64,000 nucleotides of DNA from Octopus vulgaris. Its lineage: Eukaryota. The stretch's first letter is position 1, and each line of letters begins with the position of its first letter. The stretch lies in the NCBI GenBank assembly GCA_951406725.2, contig OX597822.1, forward strand, positions 1,116,001 through 1,180,000, written 5' to 3'. The notes beneath the pieces are model-generated. The model was not told the DNA's origin, searched no databases, and worked only from the letters and a program-made list of their open reading frames with translations. The translations under genes and the position numbers were made by a program. Shown piece by piece: positions 12,972 to 26,139 of the stretch.

Positions 12972-15339
12972 ACGTTCGAAGATACTGTATTTGATATGGG
13001 CGGTAGTGCCTTGCCGATCTATGACCTACCTTCAACAAACCGGGAAGGCACAAACACTTTGTCTTCACATTTGCTGCGTGAGACATGTCTTAATGTTGAC
13101 GAGCTTGCCGAGTACATAGCCGACAATGAGCCAAAGCTCCTTCCAGAACAGAAGTTCGCTTACAACTCCGTTGTTAATTCAGTCCGGGCCAAAGCTGGGG
13201 GGATTTGTTTCCTGGACGCTCCTGGGGGCACTGGGGAAACTTTTGTCAATAAATTAATATCGGCTGAGATTAGGCGAACACAAGGCATTGCCTTAGCTGT
13301 GACATCATCTGGAATTGCGGCTAATTTATTGCCAGGCGGCAGGACAGCTCACTCCACTTTCAAGCTCCCGCTTGACTTAGCGAAGACTGAAACACCAACT
13401 TGCAACATCAGTAACAGCTCCGATCAGGCAGAAGTCTTCAGACGATGCAAGCTTATCGTTTGGGATGAATGCACGATGGCCCACAGAGGTGCTCTTGAGG
13501 AACTAGATAGATCTCTCAGAGACATCAAACACTCTTCAGCTCCCATGGGAGGCATAACACTTCTTCTTTCAGGGGACTTCCGACAAACACTTCCCGTTAT
13601 TCCCAAAGGGACTAGAGCTGATGCAGTAAGTGCGTGTCTTAAGTCATCCACATTGTGGCCACTGGTGAAGACTCTCAAACTTCACACCAATATGCGTGCT
13701 CATATGCGACGTGATATCACATCAGCAGCATTTTCTCACACCCTCCTTGCACTTGGTGAAGGCAAAATACCAGGGGATGAAAATGGTAATATTGCCATCG
13801 ATTCCATTTGTACCATTGTTAAAACGCCTTCTGATCTCACAGATGCAGTGTTCCCAGATCTACAAGCTAATTATCAGAATATGGATTGGATTGGCCAAAG
13901 GGCTATTCTGGCCCCGAGGAATAAAACTGTTCACCATATTAATGATGAAATGCTAAAACTCCTTCCTGGGGAAGTCTATGTATATAAGTCTATCGATACA
14001 ACTCCTGACCCAGAGGACGTCATCAACTATCCAATAGAGGTACTTAATTCCTTTGAGGCCCCCGGACTACCACCACACATTCTCAAACTTAAAGTTGGTG
14101 CCTCTATAATCCTCATTAGAAATTTGGTTCCTCCAAAACAATGCAATGGCACACGTTTGATCGTTAAGTCCTTATCTCCCAATCTGATTGAGGCCACCAT
14201 TATCACAGGATGCGGTCGAGGCAACGTTGTGCTCATACCTAGGATGCATCTTTTCCCATCAGGAGCAGACCTACCTTTCATATTTCGGAGGTCCCAGTTC
14301 CCAGTAAGGCCATGTTTCGCAATGTCAATTAACAAAGCGCAGGGTCAAACACTGTCTTTGGCGGGAATACATTTGGGAGAGCCATGTTTCTCTCATGGTC
14401 AGCTTTATGTTGCCTGCTCGCGTGTCGGCAGCAACAGTGATGCTTTCGCATTCGCTTCCACAACGAAAAACAAAAAACATTGTGTACAAGGAGGTTTTAT
14501 AGGATTACTACGTTTCATCATTTTCAAACACGTTAGTATTTCACTTACATACGACTCTCTTTTATGATGGCATTTACATATTTAGGCGTTTCATGACATT
14601 AATTCACACTTAACCAACACCTGTCCTTCGCTCACCTCTATTTCTATCCATTCATCATCAAACCACCAGCCTCATCTTCTATATCCAACGTGCATGACAC
14701 ATATACCCCCTACATCTACATTCTGTTAAAGTTTACATAAGCGACAACACGATCGCAGCATACACTTTGGAAACTAAGCAACAGATCATTTTATACAACA
14801 ACACATTTAATCATAACGCCCATCAATGAAAACATCTCCACCACTGTGTTGTGATTCATCTATTCAGCATCTCTACAGTCTTGCCGGTCTGACATATGGT
14901 GAGTAGATGCTATTGTTCTATATTTTATAAATTACCCATATTTACTTACCCATGCTTCATTCTCCTCTTGCCTACATAGGGCGTCCATCCTCTTTTAACA
15001 CAGCATGAAGTTTTGTAACAGCACATCCGCTGCCGTTCGTGGAAAACAAAGAGACCCTATTCACCCGCGAACGTTTTACACCGCCTTCCACGACTATCAA
15101 ATTCTTACAATTATGAGAACAATAACATGGCTCTTTTCAAGGCAACCTCGCATTCAATTCTTACACCATTCTACGAGAGGGTAGGAACCCCTTTACACGG
15201 CTTTCTATACACTTACAAATACATTCATTCGCCGTAAACTTATATCAATATTTGCCTGAATAATCATCATACTTCAGTGCAATCATTAACAGTACTTTCA
15301 AGCAATTCTGCCCCGAGCATCGCCGGGCAATTCTGCTAG
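12972..15339 (+). mobile_element. 5'-truncated Helitron (helicase region plus 3' terminus)
   Basis: PIF1 ORF, then GC hairpin cccgagcatcgccggg (15312-15327) and terminal CTAG|T at 15336-15340. Confidence 0.9.
12996..14567 (+). pseudogene. Helitron PIF1-family SF1B helicase domain, probably inactive
   Basis: Motifs LDAPGGTGETF (Walker A K>E), IVWDECTM, GDFRQTLPV, FAMSINKAQGQT, HGQLYVACSRV. The native end KTKNIVYKEVL* lies in another frame (stop 14500-14502). No Rep domain. Confidence 0.9.
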
Positions 15340-15351
15340 TATATATATAAA

Positions 15352-15396
<45 letters not shown>

Positions 15397-15408
15397 TATA
15401 CATATAAG

Positions 15409-15463
<55 letters not shown>

Positions 15464-15475
15464 TATACATATAAG

Positions 15476-15517
<42 letters not shown>

Positions 15518-16530
15518 CTAGCAGAGATACCCGGCGTTGCCCGGTTACATTCAATTGAAGAATTAGACTTTTCTGTTATATTTTCTGAATGAACTGGAAT
15601 ATCTATGTTTCGAATTTCATCAAAATTGCAGATGAGGGTTATTTCCCTCTTTACACACCCTAAAAAAATTGTAATCTTGCCACATGGAAACCAAAAGACG
15701 AATGATCACAATAAGCAGTCAGTTACCCTACGCTAGTCGTTACCACTCCCGATGTAGGATTCCTCACCATCCAGGTGACAGGCACAGCCGTAAGATGCAT
15801 TACAAATCTATAGCAATTGGAAGGGCGCGACCCAACTGAAATCAACATTAACAACTGTGTGACGTGAGGGCTTAGGAGAAATTAAAGTGTCACCTCTGGA
15901 GTTTGCAAATGACCACTATACTGATACGTAACTGGACAGAATGAATTTAAAATCTATAAATGTTTTTGAATAACCAGTCACTCATCTGGGAAGGCCTTGT
16001 AATCAATGTTACCATCTGGGGACTATGTGTGACCGAGTGATAATAAAAAGACTGAAAGGAGGTCTGCAATCAAATAACTTTACTCAACACTTTGCAACTG
16101 AATCAGTGGAGACAAAGATGCCTCTCATTTACTTGACAACTTATGCAGCACATTGCAGAACTCACAATGTAAGTGTATGTCAAAGCAAACTGTTACACTG
16201 TTGTACCATTGAATTAGAAATAATGCCCAACTTTTATGCTCGGGTAACCCTACAGCTTCCAAGAGCACAACTGTATTCGTTTTTGCTTAGATAAAATGAC
16301 AAAATTGTGGATGTTAAGTCCCCATGGAGGGGTCTTTCTAATTTTGTAAGAAGATGAAATTTTATAAATATTCATTTGTGTCTAATATCTATGGTTAAAA
16401 TTTCATCAACAGAAAAAATATATGAATTTTCATGGGGGTTATGGCCCTTATGCTTAGAATATAATTTCCAAATTTCATAAAGATCCATTCAGTACTTTTG
16501 ACCTAGTTTTGGATCATAAAAGATATGACT
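15518..16530 (-). mobile_element. Non-autonomous Helitron-like element, 3' end at 15518, 5' end not seen
   Basis: Minus strand ends ccgggcaacgccgggtatctctgCTAG|T; repeated aatttcat-aa motifs at ~15612, 16398 and 16471. Confidence 0.65.
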
Positions 16531-16535
16531 AAAAT

Positions 16536-16582
<47 letters not shown>

Positions 16583-16866
16583 ACACACACACACACACAA
16601 AGATAAATTGATAGATATAACTGAGTGGGCAAACAAAAATATGAGACACAGCCTAGTGCTTTTTTATGTTGATTAGCCTAGTACTTATTCTATTAGTTTG
16701 TTTTTGTGAAACCAGTAAGTTTTGTGGATGTAAATAAATGAACAGAGGTTGTGAAGGAGTGATGAGGGCGAAACACAGACAAAGACACAGACATACACTT
16801 ACATATATACATACATATGTATACGATTGATTTGTTTCAGTTCCTGTCTACGAAATCCATATATAT

Positions 16867-18530
16867 TGTTGTTGGCATCCTTTTTGTCTCGGGAGAAAAT
16901 GGAGTTGCGCATAAAATAATCTAGTCCGGCTTTTACATTTCATGTCCTAATACATCTCCTACTGTGGTTGTATAGTCCTATCTTGGACAAACACTCCCTA
17001 ACACTCCCTCTGGCAGGTGCCGCAAATGTAGCGAAGACTGTTCCTGGCTGGTTGTAGTGTCATAGTTTCTTGTTGACGTCTTTTCTTGTCTTTCCATTTC
17101 TCCTCTCTCTCTGTGTCACTCCACGGTTGCTGGCAACTGCTTGCCAGTTGGTAATATTGATGTTGCAGGCATTCATGCCCTTTTGCAAACATCCTTGTAT
17201 CGTAAGAACGGTCTTGCCACAGACCTAGTGCCCCTAGCAAGCTCTCCGTTGAGCATGTCCTTGGGGATTCTGCCATCTTCCATACGGCTAACATGCCCAA
17301 GCCATCTCATATGCCTTTGTGTGAGGAGTGTAAACATGCTTGGTATTCCTGCTTGCTTGAGGACATCTTTGTTTGGAACAAGATTCTGCCATTTGATGCG
17401 AAGGATTTTCCGGAGGCAGCGCAGGTGAAAGATATTTAGGCGACGTATGGCATCGTATGGCCTGTGTATGGCGTCCAAGTCTCACTTCCATACAGTAGAG
17501 TGCTAAGTACACATGCCTGGTAAATTTTCATTTTTGTGGTCTTGGTCAGCTTAGTGTTGCCCCATGCCCTTTTGGAGAGTTGGGCCATCGCAGCAGCTGC
17601 CTTGCCAATGCGTATATTGAACTCAGTATCAAGGGATAGGTTGTAGGTGACGGTAGAGCCAAGATAGGTAAACTTCTCCACCTCCTGTAGTCTGTGGTCT
17701 CCAATATGTATGTTTGGGATGGTCGATGTAGCCTGACCCATGATGTTGGTCTTCTTGAGGCTGATAGCTAAGCCAAAGTTGCCACATGCTTGCTCAAAAC
17801 AGTTGTAGGGCTTCTGTGTGTGATACTAGAACGACATCATCAGCAAATAGCATCTCCTTGATCAGGACGCTTCTGATTTTTGTCTTGGCACGCAGACGCG
17901 AGAGATTGAACAAGTTTCCCATCACTTCTACTGTGCAGAAACACTCCATCATCTGATGTCACAAAGGCATGGGACATCAGCAGCGAGAAGAAGATGTCAA
18001 ATAATGTAGGAGCAAGGACACAACCTTGCTTTACCCCATTTTTTATTTGGAAGGCGGCTGATGTTGAGCCATTGTGCTGTATGGTGCCTTGCATATCATC
18101 ATGGAAAGATTTGATGATCCTCAGCAGCTTTGGTGGACATCAGATTTTTTGGAGCAGGAGGAAGAGGCCTTTTCTACTTACCAAGTCAAAGGCCTTTGTC
18201 AGATCAATGAAGGCCATACATAATGGCATTTTCTGCTCTCTGGACTTCTCCTGAAGTTGGCGTATGGAGAATATCATGTCAATAGTTGATCTGCTTCTTC
18301 TAAAGCCACACTGCGATTCTGGATAAATTCGAGAAGCAAGCAGTTGCAGCCTGGACAGGATAATGCGAGCAGAGGCCTTTCCAACAATGCTTAGAAGAAA
18401 TATTCCACGGTAATTGTTACAATCACCACGGTCACCTTTGTTTTTGTAAAGCGTTTTGATGATCTCTAAGGGGATGCCGTCTTTTCCCGGAGCCTTGTTA
18501 TTTGCTAGGGAGTCAATAGCCTTGGGGAGC
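16867..18530 (-). mobile_element. 5'-truncated RTE-clade (BovB-like) LINE with frameshifted RT
   Basis: GVKQGCVLAPTLF, VEKFTYLGS, VLSTLLYGSETWT, LRCLRKILRIKW, RWLGHVSRMEDGRIPK, YICGTCQREC; RTE-type 3' UTR. Confidence 0.92.
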
Positions 18531-18840
18531 TATTTTATGGACTCAAACATGTTCTAAAATAAGTCGAAAGATAAGCTACTATAGATCGGCACGAACTTTC
18601 CGGACAACCCAACATTTCTATATTTTTATCATGAAACTCTTAACATAAATATGTGAATATTCGTATGGAATAATACCTCATGTGCTACAGCTGAATTTTC
18701 TTGTCTGAATGTTTTAAGACAAATATCCGAAATTTTTATCGTATACCACATTTTATTAATACTTAGCTCATATACGGAAACAAAAATGTTGTACTATATA
18801 CTGCAGGTTATCTCCATTAAAATTCTCGTATTATATACAT

Positions 18841-18873
<33 letters not shown>

Positions 18874-18875
18874 CA

Positions 18876-19601
18876 CACTGGCGAAAATAAATTTAAGACC
18901 GATGATAAAAGTTCTATTTCTTACAAAATATTCTGTTACTAGTCCTTTGCCGATCTTTATATTGACCAGTCTCCGAGTATAAATTCCACGCTTGCACGCA
19001 AGCCGGTTTACTGCACTTTAGTTGCTTGCTGATGTTCGAAAAGGAAACTTTTTTGCTGTAAAATACGATTTTTGCTCTCGTGACTGGACTAAGGCTACGT
19101 TGTTTTCCCATTATTAATAAATTATATAATAACATTAAATTATAACTTTATATGGTGCATTAGGCTCGTTGTGTGACCACCCATTTTGGCCAAAAAATTA
19201 TATACATATTACCTGGTCTTAAACTAATTTTGCCGGTAAATTTGAAACGTTTATATTACGTTCTGAGTTCAAATTCCGCCGAGGTCGACTTTGCCTTTCA
19301 TCCTTTCGGGGTCGATAAATTAAGTACCAGTTACGCACTGGGTTCGATATAATCGACTTAATCCGTTTGTCTATCCTTGTTTATCCCCTCTATGTTTAGC
19401 CCCTTGTGGGCAGTAAAGAAATATATATTAATTTAGCATTAGAATTCTTCAAGTTGTATAAAAATTGTTTGCATCATTCGAAAGAGAAATAAATTTTGCA
19501 TAAGGTGAAAAAGATATAAATAATTTGTATGGTGTTAGTAACAAAATATTTTGTAAGAAATAGAACTTTTATCGTCGGTCTTAAATATATTTTCGCCAGT
19601 G
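18876..19601 (-). mobile_element. Internally deleted Tc1-like DNA transposon with nested SINE B (19258-19422)
   Basis: ~65 bp TIRs cactggcgaaaat...tgttacta / tagtaaca...attttcgccagtg followed by TA; ORF MGKQRSLSPVTRAKIV...ETGQYKDRQRT is a Tc1 N-terminal HTH. Confidence 0.85.
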
Positions 19602-19611
19602 TATATATCAC

Positions 19612-20045
19612 AAGTCACCCCATAAGTTCTGTCCAAATTTTGGATAAAGAATGCAAGTGATCAAATGTTATATTTAATTGAAAGTTAATGATCAATGTAC
19701 TTTCCCTGATTATCTATGACTTACTTCCATCTATTTACAAGCTTTTTAATCCCATCAATGTAAAACTCTTTTGGTTTCAAAGCGAAGAACTCTGAGATGT
19801 CAGGTTCGACCTCCTCCTGGCTTGCGAAAGTTGTGTCCCCCTAATAATTGTGTAAACTATGAAACAAATGGTATCCTGAAGGAGTAAGGTAGGGAGAATA
19901 AGTTGGATGAAGAAATTTTTCCAAACCGACCTCTTCGATCTTTTGTGATGTGATCTTTGCAGTGTGGGGTTGCGCATTGTCCTGATGAAACATCACTCAT
20001 TTTCGACTCACTAAAGCGGCTCTTTTTTCCTTCAAAGCTTGGTTC
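19612..20045 (-). mobile_element. Mariner 3' fragment (catalytic C-terminus plus TIR)
   Basis: [12 protein letters not shown]...[16 protein letters not shown], a degenerate YSPDLAPSDYHLF; TIR-like cccataagttctgtcc. Confidence 0.85.
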
Positions 20046-20050
20046 AAACG

Positions 20051-20170
<120 letters not shown>

Positions 20171-20199
20171 CATACAAACATATACATACATATATGTCA

Positions 20200-20253
20200 C
20201 CAGGGAGAGTTTACAAAAAAAACAAAAGACGAAGACATGTGGTGTACAAAACA

Positions 20254-20257
<4 letters not shown>
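20200..20257 (-). mobile_element. Terminal fragment of the PLE pseudo-LTR
   Basis: Reverse complement of tttgtacaccacctgtcttcgtc...aaactctccct seen at 38770-38820 and 59895-59946. Confidence 0.7.
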
Positions 20258-20307
<50 letters not shown>

Positions 20308-20308
<1 letters not shown>

Positions 20309-20706
20309 TAGCAGTATCGCCCGGCGTTGGTCGGGTTTGTGAGGCAAATAACTATATAAGCATTTTTAGAGAGTTATAGCTAAAAAAATAGCAAAAAAAT
20401 GCATTAAAAATAGAAAAAAAAATGATGGTAAATTTTTTTTAAATCGTTGACTCATCGTAGACATTTTTAGAGAGTTACTTCCCTTATATAGTAGCGAAAA
20501 AATGCATTAAAATGGAAAAAAATGATGGTAAATTATTTTTAAAATCGTAGCCTCATCGTAGACGCGCGCTAATATCCAGAATGGCTTGATATGACTCACG
20601 ACTATAAGATACTCGGTTTTGGTTAAACTGCACCGCAAAATGTGGGAGTAGTTAGGAATCTAAATCATAGGAGACAAACACACAACTTCACTTTTATATA
20701 TAAAGA
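20308..20706 (-). mobile_element. Complete ~400 bp non-autonomous Helitron
   Basis: A|TC 5' end at 20706, subterminal hairpin and CTAG|T 3' end at 20308; internal ~100 bp tandem duplication; sits in (TA)n. Confidence 0.88.
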
Positions 20707-20758
20707 TATATATGTATATATATATATATATATATGAGTGCGACGCATCTATTCCGAA

Positions 20759-20819
<61 letters not shown>

Positions 20820-20825
20820 CCGAAT

Positions 20826-21250
20826 GGTTAGCACGCCGCCGGACAAAATACTTAGCGGCATTCCGTCCGTCTTCCGTTCTGAGTCCAAATTCTGCCGAGG
20901 TCGACTACGCCTGTCATCCTTTTGAGGTCGATAAATAAAAGTGCCAGTGAAGCACTGGGGGTCGATGTAATCGACTTGTCCCTTTTCCCCGAATTTTAAG
21001 TCCTTGTGTCTCCAGCAGAAAAGGTTATTATTATTATTATAATGAAGGCGGTGTGCTGGCAGAGTCCTTAGCGCACTGGGCAAAAACCTTTAGCGGCATT
21101 TTCTACGTCTTTAGATTCCGAGATCAAATTCCGATTTAACTCTTCATCCTTTAGGGGTCTATAAAATAAATACCAGTTAAGTACTGGGGGTCGATATAAT
21201 CAATTTAGCCCCCTCTTCGAAACTGCTGAACTAGTGCCAAAATTTGAAAC
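20826..21250 (+). mobile_element. Two degraded SINE family B copies
   Basis: Family B head and core motifs at 20826-21030 and 21045-21250. Confidence 0.7.
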
Positions 21251-21865
21251 CGTTATTATTATTAAGCAGAAAAACGGGTAAAATCAGTAAAACGGGAGTT
21301 GATAGTAGTTCTTCATAAATAGGCAAATATCCTGAAAGTTTATATTTCTAATATCTTCCTTCGTTCGAAGCACTAATTGCCTGAACTATTTATAAGCCTT
21401 TTATCGACATTTTCTCACCCATTCTAAACACACACACACACACACATATGTACACACATACACTGGCGCCTGGATGGAAATACAAGCCTACTGACATACA
21501 TATTTATGATACTTTTCACTTAATATCTCTCTTTGCCAATTCAATCCAAAATTTAAAACAGGCAATAAGCCACGCCCACAAACTGCCAATGAAACTAAAT
21601 AAAGCTGACGTAAGAAAACTACGAAGGGAGAATATTTAAAGCACAACAGAAAACAAAAGCATGTAAAAGGAGAAAAGCCTGTATTAGTGTATTTTCTCCC
21701 TGGGGACTAACAATTGGTCGACAGCATTAGTTATTAAGCTCCGCCTACATCAGTCGCTCTACAAAATCTGCCATCAATTGACATAAGCAGTTTTTAATAG
21801 CTTCCGTCGGCCAGTAGCGCTGAAGCGAGGATTTCTCTTAAGAGCGAACTATTTCTCCATAGTAT

Positions 21866-21906
<41 letters not shown>

Positions 21907-22089
21907 CGCGCGCGCGCGCACACACACACACACACACACAAGCAAACAAAAAACAAATACACACACTCACACACACACACACACACACAAACAAACAAAA
22001 ACAGATACACACACACACACACACACAAACAAACAAAAACAGATACACACACACACGTACGCGCAAGTAGGGGCATGCACACAAACACA

Positions 22090-22117
22090 GTCTGTGTGTC
22101 TATCTCTCTCTCTCTAT

Positions 22118-22151
<34 letters not shown>

Positions 22152-22239
22152 CTATTTATCTATCAATCTGTCTGTCTATCTATCTGTCTGTCAGTCTGTC
22201 TGTCTGTCTGTGTGCCTATCTATCTATCTACTTATCTAC

Positions 22240-22286
<47 letters not shown>

Positions 22287-23080
22287 CCTATCTATCTATC
22301 TATCTGTCTGTCTCTCTGTCTGTCACTCTGTCTGTCTCTGTCTCTCTATCTATCTACCTATCTATCTATCTATCTATCTACCTATCTATCTATCTAACTG
22401 TCTGTCTCTCTGTCTGTCACTCTGTCTGTCTCTGTCTCTCTATCTATCTATCTATCTAACTATCTATTTGTCTGTCTGCCTATGTATGTGTCTGTATGTC
22501 TGTCTTCCTATATATGTGTCTGTCTGTCTGTCTCTCTGCCTATCTGTTTCTGTCTGTCTGTGTCTGTCTGTCTTCCTATATATATGCGTCTGTCTGTCTG
22601 TCTATGTATGTCTGCCTGTATGTCTGCCTGTATGTCTGCTTACATATGTGCCTGTCTGCCTGTCTGCCTGCCTGCGTATGTGTGTCTGTGTTTGTTTGTC
22701 TGCCTATCTATTTCAGTTTGCTTGCCTGCGTAGATGTCTGTCTGTCTGTCTACCTATCTATGCCTCTGTCCGTCTGACTAGCTATGTATCTGTTTGTCTG
22801 TCTGATCTGTCTGTCTGACTAGCTACGTCTGTCTGTCTGACTATGTATCTGTCTGTCTGTCTGCCTGTCTATGTATGTATCTGTCTATGTGTCTGTCTGT
22901 CTGTGTGTCTACCTGTCTATCTGTCTGTCTGTCTGCCTCTCTGGCTATCTGCCTATCTATGTGTCCGCCTGTCTATCTGCCTATATGTCTGTCTGTCTGT
23001 CTGTCTGTCTATCTACACGTCTGTCTGTCTGTCCATGTGTCTTTCTCTGTCTCTTTATGTATCTGTCTGACTGTCTATAG
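22090..23080. repeat. ~1 kb degenerate (TCTA)n/(TCTG)n tetranucleotide array
   Basis: Direct reading of the sequence. Confidence 0.95.
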
Positions 23081-23232
23081 TTCTTTCTTTTTCTTTTTCT
23101 TTCTTTCTTTGTCCCATTTTCTCTACAAGGGATTGTTGATTGGTAAATATGTACGTAAACCCGTATATATAGTATGAACAGACGTATCCCTGTATGCGTA
23201 TATATTAATAAGTATATATACACGCACACACA

Positions 23233-23272
<40 letters not shown>

Positions 23273-23540
23273 TGATACATATATGAAGATTTACATATAT
23301 AGTGTATATGTATTCACGTATGTACGCACATAATTGAAGTATACGCATGTGTATACGTATGCATGTAAGTGTATGTATGTATTTACATATAGAGATACAT
23401 GCATACACATAATGTTTATATATGTACATGTGTGTCCCTATGTGTATGTGTGTCTGTATGAGTAGGTGTGTGAGCGCGCGCGTGTGTGTATGCATCTTCT
23501 CCTTCATCCTTTGCACTGGTGGCAAATAAAAGAAATCACC

Positions 23541-23780
<240 letters not shown>

Positions 23781-23782
23781 AC

Positions 23783-24180
23783 TGGTGAGCTGGCAGAAAC
23801 GTTAGCACGACGAGCGAAATGCTTAGCGGTATTTCGTCTGCAGCTACGTTCTGAGTTTAAATTCCGCCGAGGTCGACTTTGCCATTCATCCTTTCGATTA
23901 AATAAGTACCAGTTATGCACGATGGTCGATATAATCGACTTAATCCGTTTGTCGGTCCTTGTTTGTCCTCTCTGTGTTTAGCCCCTTGTGGGTAGTAAAG
24001 AAATAGAACTAGGCATTTCTCCCGTCTTTACATTCTGATTTCAAATTCCGCTGAGGTCGACTCTGCCTTCATCCTTTCGGTGTCAATAAATTAACCAGTC
24101 AAGTACTGGCGTCGATGTATTCTACTAGTCCCCATCACCACCACGGCTAAAATTTCAGGCTTTGAGCCTATAGTGGAAAG
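23783..24180 (+). mobile_element. SINE family B plus a second partial body
   Basis: Family B head and core motifs. Confidence 0.78.
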
Positions 24181-24181
24181 G

Positions 24182-24263
<82 letters not shown>

Positions 24264-24277
24264 TTATTATTATTTTG

Positions 24278-24570
24278 AGGGCACATGGTTTAGTGGTTAG
24301 GGTGTTGCTCTCACGAGCTAGCGATCGTGATTTCGATTCCTAACCCGGGTTGTGCGTTGTGTTCTTGAGCAAAACACTTCATCTCGTGCTGCTCTGCGAT
24401 CATTTCGACACGTGATACGTGGTACAAAGTGTACCTGTTCAAATAATGTCGATTTGATGGACAGAGTCAGCTAATGTGCCGTAGGAACATTTCATCACTA
24501 TCAACACGTCATATGTGCAGATTGTTCGGCAAAAGCTGAATTTCATACGTCGTCTACAAAGGGAGAGTCG
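24278..24570 (+). mobile_element. tRNA-derived SINE related to family C
   Basis: tggtttagtggttaggg A box, ttcgattcc B box, ttcttgagcaaaacact. Confidence 0.6.
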
Positions 24571-24601
24571 GTCATTATTATTATTATTATTACTGTTATT
24601 A

Positions 24602-24675
<74 letters not shown>

Positions 24676-24716
24676 GTTGTTGTTGTTGTTGTTGTTATTA
24701 TTATTATTATTATTAT

Positions 24717-25577
24717 TGCCTTTGCACAGCTTCTAACGCTGGAGATGTACTACAGTGTCAGCTGTTCACTACCAGTGAACTAAGGTAACACTTATTGTTC
24801 GACCACCTTCCGGGGTATTCAAGCGGTTCCAAGCAGTGCTGTTTTCTTCAAGTGCTCCACACTTATTGCAGCCCCTATTTTTTCCACGTACGTCTCGAAG
24901 TTTTTGCTCACTGTTCCCAGGGCTCCGACAGTTATTGGTACTACTGCTACATTTTTCATCGACCACAACTGTCATGTCGCTATTAGTTTTATCGTCATCT
25001 TTTAGATCATCATATGTCTCTCATCAAGTAAACTACCACTGCTCCTTTCCTGAGCTATGGGATTACTCTTATTAGTAAGAACTGTATTTTCATTGTTATC
25101 ACTACTGCTATTTTTCATGACCCGTATTTTGATAGCTTCGATCTCTACCTCCGTGAATCAACAATTTTTTTCTTATTGCTCTAGCTTGATCACATAGTCT
25201 TTGTTCCTTGAGTTGAAACAATCCTCTTTCCCTCCAATGATCATACGCTGTTGGTAACCCCTAATTTGAGCACCATTTTCATCTACCGAGCTGCTCAGGT
25301 AGTAACACTCCATGACCACAGCTTTAATTTACTTGCTCCATCAACGCCGTGTGTGGTGGTTCTTTTCTGGATATTGACAGGCTGGAGTCGGACCAGAATC
25401 TCTGAGCCTACCGGGTGTAACACTGTCACCATCATTGGCTTCCGTTCATTTCTACCGTTTTTTCATTGTCACTCATATGAGGTAGCGATTAGAAGGTTGC
25501 GCAATTACCAGCATTGTGACACCATCACTAGATGTATCATTAATCAGCCCATGAGGAGGCTCCACCCGTCTCCTTTC

Positions 25578-25578
<1 letters not shown>
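24717..25578 (-). mobile_element. Bipartite R4/Dong-like LINE derivative inserted in (TAA)n
   Basis: N-terminal VMECYYLS...RGLFQLKEQRLCDQARAIRK joined after a short gap to the RLE-end VVPITVGALGTVSK...LKKTALLGTA; (TTA)n on both flanks. Confidence 0.75.
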
Positions 25579-25609
<31 letters not shown>

Positions 25610-26139
25610 CATCACTGATATCACTGATATTATTGTTTTTGTGTGTAGTAGCAGTAGTGGTTGCAGCAACAGCAACAGTAGCAGGGTTGGGGTAGTGGTA
25701 AGGGTGGTAGTTGGACTTCAGGTTCCTGTGCTATCATAATATTAGTAGTTGTAGTATTATTGTAGTATTAGTAGTATTTAGTATCAGCAGGTGCAGCATA
25801 TTATTATTATTGTTTTTATTTTTATCCTTATCACTATCACCATTAGTTGGGTACCAATTTGGTGAATAGATCATAATCTACTGGTCTATAAATAGATTCG
25901 GCAGATGGTGGAGAAGTCAGCCATAGAGACAAAAGAATCTTCGCACACTTTGGGTCAGCAGAGGTCAAATATGTTTACTACTACTAGTGAGTACTGAGAG
26001 CGCTGCCTTGAAAAGAAGCAATTCAACCTGTTCTATTTGCAATTACTGGTAGAAAAAAACAATAATAATAATAGATATACAAACATATATACATATACAT
26101 AGACATACATTCATACATACATACATACGTATATATATA

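Noticed and set aside
12996-14567. Host PIF1 helicase gene
   Set aside because: Intronless, mutated Walker A, and followed by a Helitron hairpin and CTAG end
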